This document shows positions 47,325-61,220 of a DNA stretch of 64,000 nucleotides, piece after piece. Under the pieces are notes generated by a model. The model was not told the origin of the DNA, did no database searches, and was given only the letters and a program-made list of their open reading frames with translations. Each line of letters begins with the position of its first letter. Within the stretch, counting starts at the first letter, position 1. Source of the DNA: Azolla caroliniana (lineage: Eukaryota > Plantae > Polypodiophyta). A program made the translations under genes and the position numbers. Where the stretch lies: contig JBHGNT010000008.1 in NCBI GenBank assembly GCA_043228905.1, positions 18,352,001 to 18,416,000 of the forward strand, written 5' to 3'.

Positions 47325-50300
47325 TCATAAAGAAAGACATCTTCCTTCTGGTAAGGACAATGGCATAGGGAGCGCAATTACATACCTTTCAGGGGGCTCA
47401 TGATACCCAATGTTATTATCTAAAGGCACATCATAGAAATCTACAACAAAATCACTTCCATGGTGTTTAGCTAATCTATTTACAGTTGCCAGTTTCTCCA
47501 GATCATAGATCTTTCGCCTTAGCTCCATCACAGTCATGAAACAATTGAGCCTGTTTCAAACCAAGTCAGATTGTAAGTATCTGGCAATAAGAGCAAAGAA
47601 CTATTCATTTGGTTATTCATGTTTAGCAACAATAAAAACGATCACCATTTCACTGGCATAGACTTTGCAAAAGTGATGAAGTTATGCATGCACACTAAAA
47701 GTAGTGGAGTTCTATTAGGTTCTAAACATCATACATGCAATGTGTAGATTTGGAAATGACGGCAAAATATCATAGGACCTCATAGAGGAGATTTGTGGTC
47801 TCGTTTCAAGGTCTACCGGATTCATTCCCAAAGTCAAACATGGATAGTAATGGACAGGTAACACTAAGCCTTGGGATTAGCAACCTTGGATACCACTAAT
47901 AGAAGTGAACTTCTCTTTAATGTAACTCTTTTGAAGTTTTGAGGGACAAGAATGTATAGAAGAAATTATGAGGATTATCAATTGGAATGTATATAAATAA
48001 GCATCATAGTTCAAGTTTCATGAAATATAGCATATAGTGTTAGAAAATCAGTGGGATGTGTCCTCTTTACAATTGATCATCAATCCCATTATAAGTTTGA
48101 TTCAAGAAATCGGGTGCTGAAATAATAGATTCTGCTGGTAAGGTCACACGGAAAGGGGTAAGGCACAACAATCTCTACAACCTGAGCACACTTACAATCT
48201 CTACTGAACAGTGTACTAACACGAAGCAGTGGCATGAGAGATTTGGCATCTCAATGTTGCCACGTTGAAGGAGATGAAGATGTTGAGTATGTTAAATATA
48301 ATCAATGATCGATCCCAAGTTGTCAGTTTATCGCCACATGTATTTTTAAAGTGCACAATTTGTGGTAGCACCCCAAATGAGTAGCGATTGTACAACCGAC
48401 CATATGGATCACTGAGGGTCAATGTAAGATACCATAGATGAGAAGGACAGAATGTATTTAGGAAAGAGGGAAGTAAGGTAATGGGATTGACTAGTCAGTT
48501 CGATTAGGAGAATATTCTCTGTAGGTAATGTACTTAGTCTTGAAGCATGTGCCATTCATTTTACGATAAGTACTATCTAGCACTAGTTTGCATATGAAAT
48601 GACAAGTCAGTTAACAGAAAAGGAATATCCCCACTACTATCAACTGACTCGCACATTTAATGTGACAATAAGACCAAACATACAATATAATATCCACCCT
48701 CTTTCTCTTACACAGCAGCTGTGAGTATCAACTGTGTCGACTAACTTTGTAGTTGACTAGTCTAGATTCCATCTAAGCTCTATTGTGTGCATGCACGGGA
48801 GGACTAACATTGTGAGGTACTCTCATATGTAATAGTAAGTTTGTATTGCCACCACGTCCAGACACACTTCCAATTAGCCCAATATCGGCTACTTGGACCA
48901 GATTAGCACACCAAGGATTTCTTGGCAGATGTACTGTGTTTACTATGGACCATGGCCATATTTTGCAAGATCATGTTCTGTTTGTCAATGTAAACAGAGC
49001 CCAAGGATAGGTTAAAAGAACTTTCAGGTAAGCCTCTGAGCTTGTTCCCTAAAGACCAAAAGCAGTTTATATTTCATGCACTTGGGCCACATCCATCTGG
49101 AAAACAGCTCCATAGCGCTTGTTATCAATAAATCAAGGTCATTACCTATCTGCGGCCCTGATATTCTTCTTTCACTAGAAAGACCACACCATCTTGGATT
49201 GGCCCATGTTGGAGATCTTTTGAGGGCAAAAGTTTCAGTCAATCTAACGTCATGTTAGTTATTCAGCTAAGCGGAAAATATGATACCTTATGCAGTTTTA
49301 CTCTGGTTATACTTTCTTTGATGGCAAGAGAGATCTAGTTTGATTACATTATAGATCAAAAGTTGTCATTCTTTGAGCATTTGCATCCTTAATCTTTAGT
49401 TGGATTTCTATCACGACCATGTTAGCATAAATTTCAGTAGTAAAGAGATAGGAACCGGGAATAAGTCTCAGCTTCAGGACAGAATTCCAATTCCCTGGAA
49501 GTCTATGAGGTACAGGTCCATAAACCCACAGTCAATCTTTAAATTATTTCAGAATTGCAAAACCAGATGTATGGTCAGATATATGCAGTTACCTTGTAAG
49601 GCTAATATCCAATTTTTTTATCCTGTCCATAAATTTCACTACAAGCCGCATCATGGTAACATCCTTTTTCATACTTCTTGTTCTTGTATAATGTCGTCCA
49701 TCCCTGTTAACAGAAATCTCAAATAAGTAAAACATCACAAATAGACTACATTGCAGACTATGAGGCAAACTCACGTGTTAGGGTTTCCCACATCCTTTTG
49801 TGAATTTTCAGGTTCTTTCTCAGTCCCTGATAATAGCACACATGCATCCTCTAATGCAGTTCTTGTAACGTTATATGTCAAACATTCAATATCTCCAGAC
49901 TTGTTCCCTCGCATTAGGATTCTTGGGAATGGAAGGATCAGTTGTTGCACTAACTGTGTAGTAACCCTAAGCCTTCTCTTTGCTCTCCAGAAGGTTCCAG
50001 TATGGCTCTCTCCAGTATCCTGTCCAAATAGAAACTTATTTCAGTATTACTGGCAATTAACCATTAAGCATCTCCCATCAAAATGGTCGAAGGCTGAGAT
50101 TAACCTTGTCTGGAAGACGGTTGGTAGCAGTAGCCCACATAAGTTCAGCCTTGCTGTGGTATAAACATCGATAAATTTACTTTCAACGTCAATCATAAAG
50201 CACATTTAACACATAAAACATTTTCATTTTAAATAGATTTTTGCACATGGTATAGAGGCAGTATCATCCACCTAATAGAAGGAAGCTGGCCTTTAGGTTG

Positions 50301-52829
50301 AGTTGCTCCTATGTGCCAGGGAACAAAGAGAGAGAATGACTTCTTCCTCTTCTTTGGGAGATCTGAGAATGTCACAGAATATCCATTTCTTGAAACTTGA
50401 TGTTGAAATTGAGAAGATTGATCTGGCATAGATCCAGCGGTTGTTTTCGCAGAGAATTCAGAGTCCCCATCCATCAACCCAACAGTAGGACTGCGATATA
50501 ATCCATTATCATATCCTATACCCTGGCTTTGGCTCCAATCCACCTGAGGTCGATAATTTAGCTCACTTCCATAAGCATAAGAATAGTGATAACCTGATGG
50601 TGGTTGTGACATTACCGATTGTTCATAACATATCGGATGTGATTGCCATGTGTCTGCATTCATAGGTGTTGCATTTGTGCTCATGATAGCATCATTCGAA
50701 AACAACTTCCTTTGTGAATGTCCACTGGTGCCTGTCAGTGAATTCTCTACCTTCTGTTTGATTTCGTGTGCAATGCCTGAGGTGGAGTTACTACATTGTT
50801 GCATGGCTTTTACTTCTTTAATACATACATGCTGACCTATTGGCATTAATGTGCCATTTTCTTGATAACGGAATGTTTCTTGTCCCACAATTGGAGGATA
50901 TCCTTGATACAATTTTCTGTTTAATGACTTGTACGTTCTTGGTGCCCAAGCATGATAGTCACCCTGAGATTGTGCGCATGGATTAAAATGCCTTTCAGTA
51001 TTAGAGCCTCTTTGAGAAATGCCAATGCTACCTTCAAGAGAAGAAGTGGCATCTGTAGGATCAATCAAAAACTCCTTCATGCTGACGTTTTCAATTGTGG
51101 AACAAGTGGCTCCAAATTGTGCATTTTCTGTAGCAATTGATACTGAAGGTTCATGATGCATGCGTAATCTCTTGTACATTCTTTCAATCTCTTCAGAGGT
51201 ATGACTTTCTTGATCCATTTGATTTTCATAACTGGCCCTTGATACAGGGCTTATATTATGCGAGGCAGGAGGATTCATATTAACATCCTTGATTTCAGAG
51301 GATATTTTTAACTCGGATTTGGCATTATATGGAATTGAATTATAAGGCCTTCCAGAGCCTGCTTCTCGAAGTAATAAAGAACTATGACCATAATGGTATG
51401 GATTGTCTGATGCAGCCATGTGAACATGGAAAGATTCTCTTTGTTTCTTCATATGAGCACCCTATGTTAAATTCAAAGAAACAACTTCATATGAGTGTTA
51501 TATCAAAAAATAATGTAGATAAACAAATTAAACTATGATGAATATCAAGTTCTCTTTTAACAAGGAAATCACCTCAATCTCCTTTTTCCATGGAGAACGT
51601 CCATCATCTTTATTTGAACTTGGCGGCATTGGCTTAATCTGTTCCTTAACATTACCGACATATTGAGCTAAATTATCCTGTTCATGGTTAGCATGAATTT
51701 CTTGACATTGTATGGTATTCGGATGATTTTGTTGACCCGATTCATTGTGTATATTTTCGGAATCCCCGGCCAACTCAATTGTGCTTTCAGAATAGTAGTT
51801 ATTTTGATGTCCGATGTTGGTATTGCAGATAGGATTCTGGTAATCAGGTTGGAAATAATTCCCAAAATCTGGATGCGTCATGTAAGACTGGTAAAGATTG
51901 GAAGGGTGAATGTTTTGCTGCTGACCGTTGTCAATACCTTGGTGTTTGAATATTTGTCTCGATGGAGATTTCCAACCTTGATGATGTCTACTTCCATCTG
52001 TAAATGTGGATTCATCAACAGGAATATTCGTCTCATTTTTAAAATTACAATGTGTTTGCACAGAATTCGGATCAAATATTTGTGTATCACCTCCTGTGAC
52101 ATCAAACGGAGCAGCCTGATACTGTTGTACACCTGAGTTTTGCTCAAAGTAACCCTGGTTATTTTGATAGCTCAGCCCCATATGATGGCTATTCTGATCC
52201 ATTGAATACCCTCGATTTTTTGACGGGATGTTTTCCAACATTGTGCTTTGGTGTACATCATGTGTGTAAAATGATGATCTCGATTCACTACCTGATTGGA
52301 ATCCATTGGAGTAGGATGGATGTGTACCCACTGAGGAACTAACAGATGTATTTAAGCAGAATGGTGGATGAAATCCTGATCTTTGATCCCCACCCATAAC
52401 AAAGCCATATGGGGGTTGCCCATTATTTACAGAATTATCCATGGACCCATTACCACCACCTAAATCAGTATGGTTTTCATTACTTTCAATTGATAGATCC
52501 CATACTGGGTCAGACTGAGGAGGTGTATCTGGTCCATGTAGAAGAGCTGAATATGAAGTCATCGAAGACTGTATGTATGGTTCGTGGTACAGATTTTGCT
52601 GTTTAGTAGGATCAGGATTTTGTGGCTGGAAATATAAAGACTGTTGCGGCATCTGCATCTCCGGATGTGCCATCCCTCTTGTGTAGCCAATAAATTGCTG
52701 CTCATAGTCTCCTTGCATATGACCTCTCCATGATTGCTGACTTCTGGAGAGATCATCATGTATATATTTATCACTTACATTGTCATAGTGACCACCCACA
52801 TTGCTTGCACTTAAATGATGTGGAAACAT
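47325..52829 (-). CDS. Plant-specific low-complexity protein resembling the AT5G07940/AT5G07970/AT5G07980 family (SYS subunits of SYD-type SWI/SNF), about 1025 aa, 6 coding exons
   Basis: Exons 52829-51573, 51461-50272, 50153-50105, 50019-49775, 49703-49593, 47550-47325; all GT-AG; 3078 nt in frame. C-terminal motifs PWH, AELMWATATNRLPDK, RAKRRLRVTTQLVQQL, ALEDAC, DLEKLATVNRLAKHHG, PERYVIALPMPLSLPEGRCLSL* recalled as characteristic of that family. The N-terminal start is less certain. Confidence 0.8.
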
Positions 52830-54429
52830 GTTAGTACCAATCTAGATCACATTTATACATAATCAACTCAATTATGTCAGGCCATCTCAAAAGAATTTGA
52901 GATGAGATCAACCTCGAAGCTCTTGAGTGAACCATTGTAAGTCAAGACATCCAATCATCTGAACCCATTTCTGATGAGATATAACCACATATTAAGTTCC
53001 TCAAAGTCAATATCTTCAAATCGGTACAGCTAATTAGAAGCCACTGAAGATTCTTATTAATGTATTCATCTTACCACCCCATGTATCCAACTGAAATACA
53101 AAGAATTACAAAGAATGTCATTTGAAGTAATGAACACAATGATAAGGCAAATGAGATATACATTGCATACAATAATGCGCATATATATTTCTATAATCAT
53201 AGCTTAAAATAAATCAATGGACTTCAGAAAACCTACCAATGCAATAGACATTAGTAAGAATGGTTTTGTACGTATATATTCTAAGATATCTAAAATCTCC
53301 AATAGGTTCACTGTGCTGCAAAAACAATAATACGTAAACAGTGACGGTAACTACAGAGACAGAGAGAATTAACGAAAAACAGGTGAATATTAGGCCAGCA
53401 GCCTTGCCCATTGTGAATGCTAAGGTTTGCATGTGAGATTTATCATGGATTGAATTTTCATATGCAAGATTTAGGATTTTGAAGAAAGAAAAGCAGCGGC
53501 AAAGCGAAAGCAAAAATGAGAAACATAGAGCAAGCCCTTCAAATGGAATTTGATTCTGACCTTGAAACGTGGCATATTAAGAAAGAAGACTAAATTAATG
53601 TCTTTTAAAAGGCCAGAAAGGCCTTTAAGGCTAAACTGGAGATTACATCTTAAAATGTTCTTGCCATTCAGAATGACGAACCAAAATAAACATAACTAAA
53701 CATAGGTTACTAAAGGATGCCAAAGCAAGGAAAGCACTGTCAATGCCAGGCGATAATGGCCTTTATTTGTTGATGACAATGTGACCAGGATGTATCACAC
53801 TATGGATCACATGAGATTGATATCTATTCACATAAGGCCTAATAATAAATCCATCTTGCAACATGTGAAAAAGGGTCATCTTCCTACCTAGAGATGTTGT
53901 GGGGCTCATCCATGTTTTTTTATTATCCAATATTATCCAATTTAATGATATCATCTTGGATTACTTGATTCTTTTCTGGTTTAGTCATTTCCAGGTGTGA
54001 ACAATCCAACCTATATTGGAATGGAGGTGGTGTACATATACTAATGTCATGTGACTGGAACTAGTCTTACATTTCGACATACCAACAATGTTATCTCCAT
54101 GTTCAGCAAGCTATTTTGATGATGTAAGTGCCAATCTTCAGTACCTTTCCTTGCACAGCTCGCAAATTTGCATACCGATCACTGATCAAAATAATGCTTT
54201 GGTCACTACTGGGGCTGCTCCAATCTCTGCCCACACTATATCACAGGACAACATTGTTTATGCTTTCCTCATTATCATGCTAGCCATTATTGAGACTAAT
54301 CTTCACTATGAAGGCTTCGTCCCCAAATTTCTATTGCATATTGACGAGTTGGGTGCTACAAATACATCAAACAACCTTACTTAGTTCGTGGTTCTTGGAA
54401 CTAGTATGTGCATATTGCCTTTCAAGGGA

Positions 54430-55030
54430 GTCAATGGCTGCATTTTCATGAGAATGTCAAGCACACACAGCCTCCCTTAGGGAAAACCTGCGCCCCGTGA
54501 ATGTTACTCCTAGATATGTGAAGGATCATGTGTATGTAACCTTTTCCTCTCCCTAGAAGAATTCCAGTTCTGATCTCATTATCCATGCTTGAGTGGTGTT
54601 CAACACCATCATTTTAGTTTATTAAGGTTGAATAACAAACTTTTATCTATACAAAAATGACTTTGAAACATTTAGATGACTTTGTAGTTCTATGAAGAAT
54701 TGCAGGATCAATGCAATGCCATTGGCATATAGCAATATCAGTATAGTTTCCACCGTTAAGCATGCTTCTGAACCACCCAATCTCTATATGTAATTAGATA
54801 TCTCATCTATAGAAAGACTGAAGAGAGTGGGAGACAATGGGCATCCTGGTTTTACTCCATCGTACAAGCCACGGCCATTGATAACCCCATAGTAGTGTGC
54901 ATTTTTCTTAACAAATGGTTCATATCCTGCATACAATCCCCATTACCTATCTATTAGGATTCCAAGGGCTTCTAATCACTGCATGAGGCAACCATATAGT
55001 ACAGTAGAGTCAATATGTGATCTGAAGTTG
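54430..55030 (-). mobile_element. RTE-like LINE reverse transcriptase remnant in the presumed 5' intron
   Basis: Minus frame GVKPGCPLSPTLFSLSIDEI...LILLYANGIAL...LQSHL...NLNKTKMMV (degenerate YADD region). Confidence 0.75.
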
Positions 55031-55204
55031 TGAACCTCTTTTAGGAAACCTGCCTGTCTAGCTGAACAGTAGCCATTTCTTGCTACCCATACACACAATT
55101 CTGACACTGGGATCGAACCATATAGTTTAGCTAAGTTGTGATTGTTCTCTGTTGATTAGCTTGTGTGGCTGTATTGTTGTCCTTCATATCTAGCCTTATA
55201 GAAA

Positions 55205-55730
55205 GCCTTAAGCTTGACCTTGAAATACAAGATGTTTAGCTATAGAAGAGAGGAATTTGAAACTGGTGAAAATTCAGAAACCATTCTGTAGAGAGTGTAG
55301 AATCCTCTGGTAATAGCAGAAAAAATAGAGAATAGTTGGATCACAATTATCCATAGAGAAGACAGCAATTTGAAACCAACCTTGAAATTAAGAAACTTTA
55401 GAGAAGAAACATTTCAGCTGAGATGCGTAGATTATAGAAATGGCAGAGCTAGCCTTTATAGAAGAGAGGAATTTGAAACTGGTGAAAATTCAGAAACCGT
55501 TCTGCAGAGAGGGTAATCCTCTGCAAATAGCAGAAAAAATAGAGAACGGCTGGATCACAACTATCCATAGAGAAGACAGCAATTTGAAACTGGCCTTGAA
55601 ATTAAGAAACTTTAGAAAAAAACATTTCATCTGAGATGCGTAGATTATTCTAGAAGTGGCAGAAACTTCATTCAGCCTTGAAATTAAGAAACTATTTCAG
55701 CTGAGATGCGTAGATTATTCTAGAAACGGC
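55205..55730. repeat. ~217-bp tandem duplication with partial extra units
   Basis: 55241-55436 is repeated at 55457-55648; CTGAGATGCGTAGATTAT recurs three times. Confidence 0.85.
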
Positions 55731-56722
55731 ATGTCTAGCACATTCATTCGACCAGAAGTGCAAAAGCTTCTAGGAACGGAAGAGAAACTGCAGATCAGAG
55801 CTAAACTTAAACAAAGCTCTGGATTTTACCTTTCATAAAACAGGAATTGTTTGGCAAGAGCGTAAATACCGCAGATGTCTTAAAGTCTTCTAGAGATTGC
55901 AGATAAAATGAGAAACCAAAGCAAATCTTACGCACAAAGCATTGAGTTTTGATCTTAAAATCGGCAACTTTTTGCAAAATGCTTCTACAGAATTGTACTG
56001 TGCCAGAAATAGCACAGACATTTCTTGACTTTGGCCTTGAAAATACGAATGTCTATCAAAACTGATTCTGCAGATGGGGAAACTCCTCTAGAAATGCAAA
56101 GAGAGAGAAAGGATCAGAGAAATTTAACGTGTTTAGAGAAATATTTTTTCTGCAGGTGTAAATTCTTCTGGACAGCACGTTTAGCACATTCATTTAATTT
56201 TGATCTTGAAACACAGCACGTTTAGCAAAGATAGAAAATTTGATGGATCGGAGATGATCATGCATGAATCATTCAATATTTGACCTTGGCAATATTTCAC
56301 TAGAGGAGAATTCTTCTAGAAACGGAAGGGGAAGTTAGTTGGGAAGATGCAGATCAGCACTTGTTTTACAGAGAGCATTCGATTTTGACCTTGAAAATAG
56401 GACAATTTTAAGCCTAATTTCTCGTGGAGGAACGGAAATGCTTCTGGAAATCGCAGAGACAAAGACGAATCTGAGCTAATTACCAGTCACGAAAATCACA
56501 ATCCGGACATTGGAATTATAGGAAATGCTTAGCTAAATTGTTTGTGTGCGGGAGTTTGAGGAAATTAAAGATAAAATAGAGAGAGAGAGATGAGGGAATC
56601 AAGAGGTAACCATGCAGAAACCATTCCGTCTTGGCTATGAAATTATAGGAAGTGGTAACCTAAAATTGCTTGCACGGGAAGTCTGGAAATTGCAGAGGGA
56701 GAATAAAAGACGGAGAGCTAAC

Positions 56723-57000
56723 CTTAACAAAGGCGAATCATTCCGATCTAGTTGACCGTGAGGAGAAATTCGGAGAGAGAGAGAGACAACAAAAAACGAT
56801 CCAAAAAGAAGTCGAGCGAGGACCGTTTCTTCTGCGGGAGGGAAAGAGAATCCGTCGACGGGATGGCGATGGCGATGGCGAAGGAGAAGCAGAAGGAGAA
56901 GGAGAAGGAGAAGGAGAAGCAGGTGTGCTTCCCCTTCAGAAGCGATGGCGTCTTCTCTCTGTATGCGTGCGCGAGCGATGTCTTCTCTCAGTTTTGTTGT
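56723..57000 (-). other. Probable non-coding first exon of the SYS-like gene
   Basis: Minus-strand donor TTAAG|GTTAG at about 56722; (TCTCCT)n and (CCATCG)n leader repeats. Confidence 0.5.
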
Positions 57001-57019
57001 TGAGCCTTCACACAGGCGC

Positions 57020-57555
57020 AGCCTCTCTCTCTAGACTCTCTTTCTAGACACGCACACACACTCTCTCTCTCTAGACTCTCTTTCTAGACACACAAACACA
57101 CACTACCTCTCTGTCTCTCTCTAGATATACACACACACACTCTCTCTCTCTCTCTAGACTCTCTTTCTAGACACACACACACTGCCTCTCTGTCTCTCTC
57201 TAGACACAAACTCTCTCTTTTTCTCTATCTTTTTACGCCTATCATCATTACTCTTACCTATCATTTATTGAAGTTGTCACTTCACACGCACAGGCATTCT
57301 AGAGAGAGGATGTGCATGTGGAGAAAACAGCGGAGGCATTCTAGAGAGAGGATGTGCATGTGACGAAATAGCACATGCATTCTAGAGAGAGGATGTGCAT
57401 GTGGACAAACCAGGAGATCCCGTCCCAAGAGGCATTTTCATTCTAGAGAGTGCATGTGTATGTACATATGTATGTGGAAGAAAAAGGGTGGCCCTGTCCA
57501 ACAAGATAATAGAGAGCGGATGTGGATTCTAGAGAGCGGATGTGCATGCGGAGAA
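57020..57555. repeat. Two opposed TCTAGA-centred repeat arrays
   Basis: CTCTCTCTAGACTCTCTTTCTAGACACAC units at 57020-57210; ATTCTAGAGAGAGGATGTGCATGTG units (about 42 bp) at 57295-57555. Confidence 0.8.
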
Positions 57556-58004
57556 ACGACAATCCAAAGCATGTGCCCAAGTCCAAAGTGAAGAACGTTT
57601 TTTAAATCATTTCAGCACGAATGTGTAAACTTTCAGATGTCTGTCTATTTGCGTCTCACTTCCAACTTCCAAGGGCATTTTGGAGCCGGATAGAGACAAT
57701 TTGAGCTCACACCGACCAACCAACTGACTGCGCCTGGTCCGAAAGCCCTTACCCATCCATCACTCACAATAACCACGTTCGAGAGATGTTACTATGTATA
57801 TATAGGGTGGACGTATCTAGCATTACACCCAAGATCGATTGTCTCATACCACCGTGTATGGACATGGATCGTACCTTGGTTTTAAAGAAGGTGGTGGGAC
57901 ACGTCTTTTCCTTTTCCTTTCTATAACTGTTTTTAGAAATTTTTGAGTTTTTGTACATTGTGAAAATTAACGTGCGAAAGCTACCTTTTTCTCTCTTTGC
58001 ACAT

Positions 58005-60222
58005 TGTGAAAATTAACGTGCGAAAGCTAAAAAAAACAAACACAACCGGCTCAACCGGATAGCAACAGAGAAAACATAGAGAATACAGAGTACTCGGGAG
58101 AGAGAGAGAGAGAGAGCAGAACATCGAAAACTCGATTTCAAAATAACACTCTATACAGTCAAATGTGTTCAAAGAGCACTTTTTATACAAGTCCATAAAG
58201 GACTGATCGAAGTACTAACAAGTATTTCAATACTCATAGCTGAGCTACTGACACTAACTCCTAGGAATATAACTTCCTAGTAATCTAGGATCGTAGTCCT
58301 CTAACAGCCTACCAGCTCACACAAATCCAGTTCTCCGATCCGGCTCTCTGATCCAATCCGGCCCATGTTGAGCTTGCTCGCTCAACACTCCCCCTCAAGC
58401 TCAACTTGAGGTCCGTCTATCGTGTCAAGATTTGTTGGTCCTTGTCTCCGGCTCCTCTTGGTGTCTTCACGCCTTGCTCGCGTTCCTCAACCCATCCAGT
58501 CCTGCACACCTCAACCTCCTCGGTCAGCTTGTCTACTCATCAGGCCCTTCTCAACTCCCTCATTGTCGTGGCATCGGCGCCCCTCGACCCGTCTACGCCT
58601 TCATTTCAGTGTCGGCTGTGGCTGCCTCCCTGTCCGCTTGGCCTTCATGTAATTCGACTCATCCGAATCAACCCACTTGACCGAATCGGTTGTCTCTAAT
58701 TTGTTCCTGCTCTTGTCCGAATTGGCTATCTCCAATTTGTCATCCTTCTTCAAGCCCTTAACCACGTCCGACCATGTCTTGGTCCTGGCCTTTTTCTTTT
58801 GGTTGGCTTTGTCCTTGACTCTACCGCCTTTGCCGCATGTCCCGGCTTTTCCAGATGTGTCAACTTCTTTAGTCGATTCAACATCTTCTTCGGCTTCCTC
58901 CTATTGCTCTCCTCCAGTTGTTTCTCCACTTGTTCTCCCCCTCAAGTGCGGCACATCGAGATGTTGCAACCCAAGCATCTCCGAAAAATGCTTCAACTTG
59001 TCTGATCCAAGCACCTTGGTGAAGATGTCTGCAATCTATTGATCGGTTTGAACATATCTGAGTTCGACTTCACCGTTCAGGACTCGCTCGCGCACAAAGT
59101 GATAATGCACTTCTATGTGCTTCATCCGAGCATGGAAAACGGGGTTCTTGGCCAGCTGCATGCTATTGATATTGTCGCAGTAGATCGGAATCAGAGTGTG
59201 AACTTCGACCCGTAAGTCTTGCAACACCTACCGATGCCATATAGCTTCACATGTAGTGATCGTGGCTCCTCGATACTCAACCTCAGTGCTCGATAGGGCC
59301 ATTGTTAGTTGCTTCTTGCTGCTCCATGCTATAGCCGCGCTTCTAAGAGAAAACATGAAACCTAATGTTGACCAATGATCCGTGGTGTCTCCCGCCCAAC
59401 CGACATCAGTATAGCCAACTAGTTGTTCGGCTATACCGTGTTGGTACAACAGTCCTCGATCCTTCGTGCCGCTCACATATTGCAATATTTGAGTCGTGCA
59501 CTGTGGATGTTTGACAATCGGTCTCTGCATGAACTGACTTATCATACCTACTGGATAGTCGAGGTCAAGTCGGGTGATGGTTAAGTATATTAGGCTCTCG
59601 ACAATTTGTTGGAACCGTTTGTCATCGCAGGTCGCTCTTGAATTGGGACATAGCTTCAAGGTCCTGTCAAGAGGAGTGGAGATGGATTGACAATTTGTGA
59701 TGCCGAATTTGTACAACATATTATACACATAATGTTGTTGAGATATGTTGATGGGGTGTGGATCACTTCAATCCCGAGGAAATAGTGAAGGTCCCCCAGG
59801 TCCTTCATCTCGAATGCTTCCAACAACTTGGACTTTACGCGGCCGATTTCAACAAGGTCGGGTCTAGTGACGGCCATGTCATCTACATATAGCAAAATGC
59901 AAACCGGAACTTGGGGAACTTTTCCAAATAAATAGAGAAGAGTTGGAATTGGAGGCCGCGAACCCCATCTTATGCAACTAGTGCGAGATTTTTAAGTTCC
60001 AAGCACGGGGGGCTTGCTTGAGGCCATAAAGTGACTTCTTTAGTCAGCATACTGCCAACTTGTTCAGCTCCGACTGAAATTGGGGGGGTTGGACCATGTA
60101 TACCTATTCTTCAAGATCTCCTTGAAGAAACACATTCTTCACGTCCATTTGGTGGAGATGTCCCCCCTTTCTGTTGCGACCGCCAACACCACACGAATAG
60201 TCGTCATCTTTGCTACTGATGC
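58005..60222 (-). mobile_element. Degenerate Ty1/copia 3' half (RT, RH, 3' UTR, PPT, LTR 58005-58387)
   Basis: LYVDDM, FEMKDLGDLHYFLGIEV, LAKNPVFHARMKHIEVHYHF; PPT 58388-58396; LTR starts TGTTGAGCGAGCAAGCT, as at 63468. Confidence 0.9.
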
Positions 60223-60344
60223 GACTGTGCAAGGTTCAAATCTTACCTTGCATGAGTTTATCTTTGTGGCACGTTTGGTTTATTCGTACTACTATTTTAT
60301 TTTTTATCTGAGTAAACATCACGACAACGTGTACATAACGATTC

Positions 60345-61220
60345 TAAGACATTATCTATAGGTAAGAGGACTAAACTAGACCCTTGGTTTTGTGGACCTT
60401 TCACAGTCTTCAAATGCTTTGGTTCATTAGCCTATCTCCTCACTCTTTCTAATGGTGTTGGAATCTATCCAGTTTTTCATATAAGTCCTTGAAAGAACTT
60501 CTTAGTTTTGACGATAATACACTTACAATGGAAACTCTATTTACTTCTAAGGATTTAACTTCTAAACCACATGTACCAAGGAAAATTCTCAATGTTAAAA
60601 CAAAACATTTACATTCTAAAACAATCAGAGGGTTTAAAATCAAATGGATGAATAAGCTTATAAAAGATGCTACATGGGAATGAGATAACACCATTAAAAT
60701 TAACTTCCCTAACTTTTCATTTGCAATACCGAAATGTTTTAAAGAGGGGGAGTATAATACGAGCATAACCATAACTTATCCCTTGGTAGTTTGCACCATA
60801 GTTTTCTACACATGAGGATAAGAGTGTGCAGGTTAATCAAGAATGTAAAGAAGGAAGGATTATTTTAATCCTAGGCATTGAGACAACCCTTAGTGGCTAA
60901 GTGTGAACTTTCCTGGGGGCCTTGGGTTGTCTAGCGAGAAATATGAAGCCTTAGCTATCTTCAATAGATATATTTGACTATGTCGACTTTGTGATATTGT
61001 GTGAACAGGCTCTTCTAGCGAGCACTCACTATTAACAAGTGCTACTCGGAGCCATATGGGTGGTATGGGATGTCATTCAATGCTTGGGTCCATTCTATCC
61101 GTTCGCTCGGGGGTGGTCGTGTGGATTGACACCCTTCTTTCTAGACTCTCTTTCTCTTTATTATCTTATCTATTTCCTTATAATATGCTTACATTAGAAG
61201 AAATCTCTAACAAGAATGTA
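60345..61220 (+). mobile_element. Chromovirus (Ty3/gypsy) 3' remnant: integrase GPF motif, chromodomain, PPT and probable LTR
   Basis: FCGPFTV...LAY.L...IYPVFHIS.LK and PRKILNVK...FKIKWMNKLIKDATWE; PPT AGAGGGGGAG at about 60742-60752; LTR extent approximate. Confidence 0.75.

Noticed and set aside
53760-54390. Possible copia gag remnants or extra coding exons
   Set aside because: No consistent frame, splice phase or clear motif.
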